Shown: positions 55,295 to 64,000 of the stretch, in pieces
How positions within the stretch are numbered: position 1 is the stretch's first letter
Layout: each line of letters begins with the position of its first letter
Assembly: GCA_964016885.1 (NCBI GenBank)
Contig: OZ024743.1
Coordinates: forward strand, 93,806,001 to 93,870,000
Direction of reading: 5' to 3'
DNA: 64,000 bases
DNA from: Eledone cirrhosa
Lineage: Eukaryota
Made by a program: the position numbers and the translations under genes
Notes under the pieces: model-generated
What the model saw: only the letters and a program-made list of their open reading frames with translations
Databases searched by the model: none
Told to the model about the DNA's origin: nothing

Positions 55295-56281
55295 TCAAGA
55301 CAGAATCAGTTCTGTATGAGCAAGACATGGTCACCTGTCCTAGCATTGCTCACAACAGGACAACTCGTCTAACCAATGCTAACGTGGTAAAATAGACGTA
55401 AAACGGTGATGATGATGATGATTTGTGTATATACACAAATATATATATATAATGTTAGCACCACAAAACATCCAGCCCACACTGTAAAGTGGTCATGTAG
55501 GAGACACGACAAAAAAGCACCCAGCACACACTAAATGTGATTGGCGTTAGGAAGGGCATACAGCCATAGAAAACCAGCCAGAAACCTTACACTGAAGGTG
55601 ATTCTGTACATACCTACAATTATGCTTGGGATCTTTGTCAGATTTGACAAAATGAACAAATATTCTTGAATATCTTGAAAATGTTCTTTGTTTAGATCTG
55701 TTGGGCATGATTGGGCAGACCGTTGATCAAAGCTGCTCTAATCATGACCATCTTATCTTCTTTTAAGGTATTGTGGCTCTAGGACTACTTTATCCAATGG
55801 GGGTTTTTTTCCATTCAGTAAGGAAGGGTGTGATTCAAATGAATACATAGAAATGCTGACTGAGAATGATTTTACTTTTACATTTCGTTGCTGGCATGGG
55901 TTGCACAGGTCATCAGTGTCCAAGTTTGCTATTTCTGGGTTGAAGATCACACTTTGGTCATGTGTTTAATTTTTGGCATGGGTGCCTTTCCTAACTGACT
56001 TAATTGAGTGTTTTTTTATCATGGCACCAGTACTAAAGATTTTACCTTAATATGGTGAAAAAGCACCCATTCCAACCTGTCAGCTGGTCGTTTTGGTGCC
56101 ACAATAAAAAGTGCCCAGTCCAGACAGTAAATATTGTTGGCATTAGGAAGGGCATCCAGCTGTACAAACAGTTCTATATGAGCAAGACGTGGTCACCTGA
56201 TCTGACTTGTCTCACAACGAGACAACTCGTCTAACCCATGCTAGCATGAAAATAAGATGTTAAAGTGATGTTGATGATGAT
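55295..56281. mobile_element. cluster of degenerate SINE/RTE-tail fragments
   Basis: TTAGGAAGGGCATCCAGC and AACCCATGCTAGCATG..(ATG)n-like modules at about 55295-55420, 55460-55590 and 56060-56280. Confidence 0.7.
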
Positions 56282-56332
56282 AGGCTAAAGAGTCTCCTCT
56301 ACACTGTTGTTTCCGTTCAACAACTATTTTAA

Positions 56333-57724
56333 CCCTTTAGCATTCACATTGAATTGTCAAATGTCATGTTCATCTATTTGCATTATTTTCACTTAATTAT
56401 ACTCAAGAGGGTTATCAAATTTATTTGTTTGTAATTACTTTAATTTTCTATGTGCAGACTTGAAATTTTGTCAGTAGATGTTTAAATAACTATAATTTAC
56501 AATTATATATTTTTACCTGATTTTTTTTTGTTAAATTTGACTTTTATGGGCAGGTGAAATTAATTAACAGGTGTAAAAGTAATAACTTTATGGATAAACA
56601 CAAACATTTAAACTTTATCTGCCTTATCTGTTAGATTTGTTGCAAAAAAATCCAATAATGATCTAGATGCTGATTTCCATCAATTCTAGCAGTTTTCCGA
56701 ACAGGTGAATTAATTAAAAATGCATGTGTAATCAGTACAAGGTTTTAGTCTTTCTCTACATTCCAGGCAAATATTTTCATTGGAAGAAATGTATAAAACC
56801 TTTTCACCAGTCAAAATAATATTGGCAATGCACTCTGTAAATGTACAGTGTAAAATTACGTAACAGAAAGTTCCCAATATATAAGTTTATACACACTTTA
56901 AAGACATTTCAATTAATAGTCGTGTACAGTGGGTCGTAATTTGATTAATTTCTACCAGGATACATTTGAAGTATCAACCAGGTGCAAATACTGGTTTAAT
57001 TTGATGAATCTCGTTTTTGCCATAATACTAGATATATAAGGGTCACCAATCAGTACTCCAATAATTCTACAGTCGTGGAAATTGTTTAATACCAAACATA
57101 ATATTTATGGTAAAAAACGCTTACATTTCGGCAGAATCTGTCAGACGCCATAACAGATCGGGTTTTCCGATATTAGAAATTTGTCGTTGTGCATAGCGAT
57201 TTGCCACAACTTCGAAGAAAGTTTGTGGTAAAAATAAAAAATAATAATCCAGTGCTTTAGCATCGGGTGGTAATATGTGTTGTGGTCCAATATTTTCAGT
57301 AAAATCCGAAACGTGTATCGATGTTGTTTCTTTCAACCACGTTGGTGTTTTTTCAATGGTGTCAGTCAAATCTTCTCTTTCACTTTCAAAGTGACTATCA
57401 GATATATCAGAAATAAATATATCTGATTCGTTTGAAGATAAATCACTGATATTATCTTGTTTCTTTTTGATCTCGAATGTCGTCGGACGTAAAACCTTCA
57501 AATTCGTTGCCGCTACTTTCGGAAGCCATGTTACACTTTCAACGTTAAAAACACGTGTTTTCGCAAGTTCTTTAACTACACTTATAGTTAATTTTCGTGC
57601 GTAAGGGCTTTATCTCGCAGTAATCTCGAATTGACGAGATTTCAATGATGTCAATGTTTATTTTTAGAAGGAGATCTCCGTGTAGTATTAAATGTCGGTT
57701 TTTGTCGGTTTGAATGCTAAAGGG
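56333..57724 (-). mobile_element. internally deleted copy of piggyBac 42197-44717
   Basis: TTAA TSDs, same TIR CCCTTTAGCATTCA, near-identical subterminal regions; catalytic core deleted. Confidence 0.95.
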
Positions 57725-58372
57725 TTAAAGTGTAATGGGTGCATTTTATTATGGCACCAACACTGCACGTTGCTTTTTCCCCACCAACAAGACTAAAACA
57801 TCCTTCAATTAAAAGTGTAAATCAGTTTAATACAGTCATGAGATATTTCATCATCTGGCTGTGAGAGTGCTTTTTATTTGTATGGTTTATTAGCTGGGTG
57901 CATTGCTGTTCAAATTAATTTGAGATATCTTATCAGGGCTTATAGGGATTAAAGTTCTGTTGGGTTGGCTTACACCATTTCAGTGAAAACTTGAATGTGG
58001 CCATATCCGAGATGAATTATGGATTTTCAATTGCATTGTGGTAATCATGATAACCATTTAACATGCACATTTGCTGTTATACTTCTATTTTATTTTGTAA
58101 TAGTATTATATATAAGCATCAATTTTTTTTTTTTTTTTTTTTCTGGAAATCTACAATCTGGTAATGGGTACTCTGTGTTGCTGTAGTGTACAATGAAATA
58201 TGCATAATAAAACAAGTTAATTTTTTATCTAAAATGCTTGGGACAGGAAGTATTCAGATTTCAGAATGATCGTATATTTGCATATATAAAATGGGACAGC
58301 TAAGAAGTGAGACTCTAACCTAAACATCTTGACCATTTACATTTCATAATAGAGATTTTGTTTGAGTGTGTG

Positions 58373-58404
<32 letters not shown>

Positions 58405-58408
<4 letters not shown>

Positions 58409-59273
58409 GGTGCGGGCGATATTTGTTCGCAAGATTACTGTCTAGGAAGTAATTTTATTTTTTAAGATATAATTATCAAACTTGGGTCAGTTTGTCTTCA
58501 TGACTTGTTCTTTCGATCTCACTCGATAAATCCGCCATTGGCTTTGATGACGGCTTCAAGGCGGCCTCGGAACCGGCTACAGGCCTTCGTCACTGTCCCC
58601 CGACTTAGGCTCCTAAAGGCACTTGTGATCCTGGCCTTCAGATCGTCTTTCGTATTACAGCTAGATCTGTTGGTGTCTCGTTCCACTGCACCCCACACAA
58701 AGAAGTCGAGGGGTTTGCAGTCAGGCGAGCTGGGAGGCCAGATGTTAGGTGAAGTGTGGTCGACGAAGTTCGAGGCTTGGGTCTTTCGGCTGGTATGGCA
58801 GGGCGCTGAGTCTTGCTGCCACATGTACGGCCTACCTGCAGCTGCCTGCTCGATCCAGGGCTTTACTACCTCGCTCAACGCAGATGTAGCCATCGGTGTT
58901 CAGCTTGAGGCCCTCGAGGAAGAAGTGAAGTGGCATGACGTCACCTTGACTGCTGACGACACCTAAGATCAATGTTGTCGCTGGAAACTTTGACTGCATG
59001 ACTCTGGGCACGTATTTGGATGAGACACCATTCTCCTGCTGACGCTGAGAAAGTGTGAAATTTCATTATTTGTACTCCCGGCGCGGATTATAAGAAGAAC
59101 TCCGTGTCTCTTCCACAAATTTGGAGGTTCAAAATTATTCATAATCAATTATTCTGTAAATAAATAATGGAAATATAGTCAGTTTTTATGAAGACAAGAG
59201 TGACAACGAAAGTAAAAAAAATTTGCATAAAATTAGTAGTTGAAAATTGCGAACAAATATCGTCCACACCTTG
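58405..59273 (-). mobile_element. Tc1/mariner superfamily element (maT/DD37D-like), internally deleted
   Basis: TA TSDs; 27-bp TIR CAGGGTGCGGGCGATATTTGTTCGCAA (24/27 match); WQQDSAPCH..WPPSSPDCKPLDFFVW. Confidence 0.9.
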
Positions 59274-59556
59274 TATATATTTTAAAATCTCTAGTAACTT
59301 TCCTTAAGTAATATGTGCAATGATATATGAAAACAATTAATCAAAACTGGGCACAAATCTTAACAGGATTTGGAGAAGTGTGTAGTTGTTTATCTTTAAT
59401 ATATAGACATACTCTTAAAAGGCAGGTCATGGTCAAAATGTCTCCGATCAGATGCTCCAACTATGCGTACATGTTGAAAATGCATGGTTTGACCAGCTAT
59501 GACCCCTTGCCGTTTTTAATGTATATCTATGATGTCATTATTCTGTGACTCCTTAA

Positions 59557-59752
59557 CCCTTTAGTATTTAAACTGACCAGAATTCTCTCACCTCTTTCTG
59601 TTCAAACTGGCCGTAACTGGCTGCTCATACTGATGTTAAGGTATTCTCAAAATAAATAACATGAAAATTTCATAGATTCGATATTATGTGAGATAATTAT
59701 GTGAAATAAAGCCTTTACAACAAAAATGCAATAGTATATATAGAGCAATAGG
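59557..59752. mobile_element. degenerate piggyBac-type MITE
   Basis: TTAA-CCCTTTAG ... GG-TTAA. Confidence 0.5.
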
Positions 59753-60419
59753 TTAAGGTGATATAGGGTGTGATTTGGCTACTATTTCTGATATTCAGCT
59801 ATGAGGTAAAGACTCCATCTTCAAATGAAAACATATTGTATTAAACTGAATATCTTCATGATCAGCCAATCTACTTGTTGCATGGTCCCATAATTCCTAA
59901 GGGAGTTGTAGAGGCACGTATTAAGATGAGTTTCTAGAACACTTTTTAAACCTGGTGGAGCCCAACCTCTCCAGGTCTGAATACAGCAGAATTCTTCCAA
60001 TGAAGGATAGTTAGACCCCAGTACTAGACTGGTATGTTTTTTATCAACCTTGAATGGATGAAAGCCAGAGTTACCCTAAAATACAGTGGGTAAAACATTT
60101 TTGTTTTGTTTCATTTGTCATCATTTGCTCCTTGTATTTTTCTAATGCATTGTACTAGCTTTAAAAAGAAAATTATTGGACTTTTACTATATATTAAACA
60201 AGGTTGTTCAGATATTTTCCAAATATCAAACATTCACAATTTTAAAAGATGGAATTGAAATAATCTACATAAGATAGTTGAGAAATGTTTTAAATGTGGT
60301 GTGGTCATGTAGTTAAAGGAAAGATTCTTTAGAAGCTCTAAGTGAAATCTTCCATTCAGTTGATGTTGTGGTAAAGAACAGTTTCTATTATCACCCATTC
60401 CTTATTCACCTCCTGATAT

Positions 60420-60860
60420 CAAAGAACTGTTAATGTGGGAGTCAGACTCCACCAAGGGTGTGTACTGTCACCTCTCCTGTTTATAATTTTCATGAACAGG
60501 ATTGACATGTGCAGGGTTTGAAGTGATATCAATACTGGTGGGCGTTGGATCAGATGGCTCGAATTTGCAGACAACATAGTATTACTTAACTCTTTCATGA
60601 CTGTTTTTTTAATGAAATGCATTGTTTCATATTAATGAAGTATTTTGAAGGATTTATTAAAATTATTTCATTACTAAGATAGTAACTAAATGTAAAATTC
60701 TTATATAAAATTGTTGGAAAATTTTAATATAAATTGGGTGACGTTATTTCATAGAACCAGAGCCAGTTTTGTAACAAAAGGGTTAACTTGTCTGGTGATC
60801 TTTGATAGGTTTGATGTCGAGTGCTGCATAACAGGAATGAAAAAATAAATATAACCACAT
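60420..60860 (+). pseudogene. old LINE RT fragment split by a TTAA MITE (60590-60782)
   Basis: [32 protein letters not shown]; insert bounded by TTAA-CTCTTT..AAAGGG-TTAA. Confidence 0.65.
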
Positions 60861-60896
60861 GTGTTTGAATCGGTTATCATTATTTTTCCATGAAGC

Positions 60897-61077
60897 GGTG
60901 GATTGGCAGTATCGGTAGAGGGTCGGACGCCATGCTTTCCAGCATAGTTACGTCCCTTTATGATCTGAGTTCAAATCCCGCCGAGGTTGACTTTGCCTTT
61001 CATCCTTATGGGGTCGATAAAATAAAGTACCAGTAATGCACTGGGTAATTGCTGGCCTTGTGCCTAAAGTAGAAACA
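60897..61077 (+). mobile_element. tRNA-like SINE with perfect 18-bp TSD
   Basis: ATTATTTTTCCATGAAGC at 60879-60896 and 61078-61095; box B GTTCAAATCC. Confidence 0.92.
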
Positions 61078-61541
61078 ATTATTTTTCCATGAAGCATTTG
61101 TTTAATTTTCAACATCATTTCAGATTAAATCCTTTGCCAAACAAGTACTTCTAATTCTATTTTTTTTAAAAAACTTATTGGATGGATTTTTCAAGCTAAT
61201 ATTGTTTTAAATGTTAATCTTTGGTATTGGTACCTATTTATAGTTGTTTGAATCAAGTAATGTCTTAATGAAGCTCACATGTTTGTGGAACAAGTTTAAC
61301 TTGACTAATCAGCTGTCTTCTTAAAGTGAAAGTTATGCTGATGATGATAATCATCATCATATGTCTATTTCTTGATGTTTGCATTGGTTAGATGGGTTGT
61401 CATGTTATGAGACAAGTCAGGTCTGTCTTGGATCATGGATCTGTATTTTGGCTTGGTTTCTACAGCTAGATATCCTTCCTAATGCCTAATACGTACATGA
61501 CAGTGTAGATCCTGATGTTATTGTAATGTTTATCATTTCAG

Positions 61542-61691
61542 CTTCTAAAATGTGTTCTTGACACAAACAAACGTGTTCAGGAAGCTGCTTGTTCAGCCTT
61601 TGCTACCCTTGAAGAAGAGGCTTGTACTGAACTTGTTCCTTATTTGGGGTATATTTTGGAAACCCTTGTATTTGCTTTCAATAAATATCAA
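61542..61691 (+). CDS. TNPO1: transportin-1 exon ([32 protein letters not shown])
   Basis: tttcag / gtaagt; 150 nt. Confidence 0.96.
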
Positions 61692-61825
61692 GTAAGTTCA
61701 AGCTTTATTCAATGTTTTGAAAGTTGATTCCATTTTGTTTAAAATTTTTAATACATATTTGAATTTGGAGATACTTAAATATACACATGTACAGCACTGT
61801 TTACTTTTTTTAATATATATTTTAG

Positions 61826-61984
<159 letters not shown>

Positions 61985-62607
61985 TAAAATGAGGCAGCTA
62001 AATCAACACATTATGGGCATGGTTTTAAAATTCTCATGAACAGAGAAAATATTTATGAAGTTTTGATAGTATAAACACAAGGGGTGGAAATCAAAATGAA
62101 TAGAGACTAGTTGAAAGAGATCAACTAAGAGAACACTGTATAAGGATTCAGGAGATAGAAGAGATACTAAGAGCGAGAAAGGGGAAAGATTGAGCGAAAT
62201 AAAACAAAACAAGATTGAAAGAAAAGACATGTGTGTATCCAATATGTGTAGGGAATATTTATGTATTAAAACATTCAAATAATAAACATTTGTTGGGAAT
62301 GTTCTCAAGGCAACACATAAATAAAACTTATGACGATATAGTAAATGTAGAAAAAAAGTTTCATTGTGAAATAATTGCTTCAGATATTTTAACAACCTTA
62401 TTTTTGTAGAATTTAAAGTTGGTGAAAATTGTCAAATTGTTGGCTTAGGTTACCCCCCCCCCCCCCCCCATTATACCATCAAATTTTATTTATTTTATTT
62501 TTTATTTTGGGGTGGAGGTCACATTTTCTTCAGCTTATATTCAATTATAAACGGTAATTTATTTATTTAGATGTACAAGATGTTTCAATACTTTTTCTCT
62601 TTTCTAG

Positions 62608-62694
62608 GAATATGTGAATTTGTTGATGCCACCTTTGATTCAGAAATGGAATGTGCTGAAAGATGAAGACAAAGACCTTTTCCCTCTTCTTGAA
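62608..62694 (+). CDS. TNPO1: transportin-1 exon ([29 protein letters not shown])
   Basis: ttctag / gtaata; 87 nt; the gene continues beyond the window. Confidence 0.96.
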
Positions 62695-63621
62695 GTAATA
62701 TACTTCTTCCTTATTTGTTTCTGATTAAGCTTTAGTTTAATGATCCAAATATTTTAATTCTTGATGAATTATGTCTTAAGTAGTTATAATGCTGATTGGT
62801 TGAAGATTAGACAAGTAAAATAGGTGTATTTAGCTGTATAGAATATTATGTTAGTTACATACACTAGCCCAGATGTGAAGGAACCTTTTCATGTTGAAAG
62901 CCTACATTATTACTTATAATATAATAAAGCCAAATTCAAGAAACCATAATTATATATTAAAATTTTGATAACCACTGGCATATGAAATCCAGCCTCATGT
63001 GATAGTGGCTCTAGTCAAGCAGGAATTTAATGTACATTTTAGAATCTCAGAACTAAAACATGAGTGTAGAAAGTGCTGAAATGGTTCCTATGATCTACTA
63101 TTTTAAAATTGTGGCAGTGTGGATTATTTTGTTGAAATTTCTTTTACTCTTTGTTATTTAAAATATGGTTATTAAAATAAGCGATAGACAAAACATAATA
63201 AGAATTAAAAATTTGTTGGAAATTTTTGATTCTTTCAAAAGGCTGCAGGTACCCCATCTCTGCACTAGCTAGGATATCCAGCCATTGAAAAGTTAACCAG
63301 ACAAAGCTGTGCTATAGACATACCAACCTCTCTCATAGTGTTGGTCATCCATGCAATAAATGATTACCCATTACACTTCTGTGCAGTGGTTGGTGACAGG
63401 AAGGGCTTCCAGTTATAAGAAAAACCTGCCAAACAAAGGGTGGGATGACTCTTCAATTATGCCAAGGACTTGACATCTTTCCTAGTATTGGTGCCATGAT
63501 AAAATGCATGCAGTCCATGGCAACATATCCAACTCTTGCTACCAGGGAAAACTGACGTTTGACAATGGTGATGATCTTGTATTGTGAGTGTGTGTGTGTA
63601 TAATTATGTATTTGATATATT

Positions 63622-63655
<34 letters not shown>

Positions 63656-63658
63656 GAT

Positions 63659-63994
63659 GGAGGCACGTGGCTTAGTGGTTAGAGCATTGGCCTTGCAATC
63701 GAAAGGTTGTGAGTTCAATTCTCAGACCGGGTGATGTGTTGTTTCCTTGAGCAAGACACTTTATTTCACATTGCTCCAGTTTACTCAGCTGTAGAAATGA
63801 GATGATAGGACTGGGTTCCCTATCATTCCACTGCAAAGTGGTCGTGGATGTGCCACGGCCAAAAATCACTCAGCACTCACTGTAAATGAGGTTGGTGTTA
63901 GGAAGGGCATCCAGCTGTAGAAATCAAGCCAGAGATCAGTTCCCGTCCCACCCTTGCAAGCAGGGAAAAAGCGGACGTAAAATGAAATGATGAT
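63659..63994 (+). mobile_element. tRNA/CORE-like SINE with RTE family A tail
   Basis: Near-identical to 32712-33055; tail CCCACCCTTGCAAGCAGGGAAAAAGCGGACGTAAAATG. Confidence 0.92.
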
Positions 63995-64000
63995 ATATAT

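Noticed and set aside
58519-58893. D34D spacing suggesting a true mariner
   Set aside because: Surrounding motifs look maT/DD37D-like; a 3-codon deletion (KTQA/SNF) probably explains the spacing in this defective copy

Overview
AT-rich animal genomic DNA, most likely an octopus or other cephalopod (inferred from the SINE types and extreme TA-microsatellite load; not verified). The left half (1-33 kb) is a giant alternating purine-pyrimidine (TA/TATG/TG)n field. All of its long Y/I/M/C/V/H/T ORFs are artefacts. It is studded with young RTE-clade LINE fragments of at least three families, a CR1-type 3' end, a solo-LTR-like islet and SINEs. After a 200-N gap (36685-36884) the + strand carries 11 GT-AG, frame-consistent coding exons of transportin-1/importin beta-2 (39734-62694; N- and C-terminal exons not found in the window). 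Its introns hold five piggyBac elements, a maT/mariner remnant, MITEs and tRNA-derived SINEs. Most notable: the RTE reverse transcriptases carry a C4HC3 PHD-type finger inserted inside the RT domain, the RTE ends pile up in (TA)n, a SINE and its partner LINE share near-identical 3' ends, and inverted piggyBac copies bracket six TNPO1 exons.
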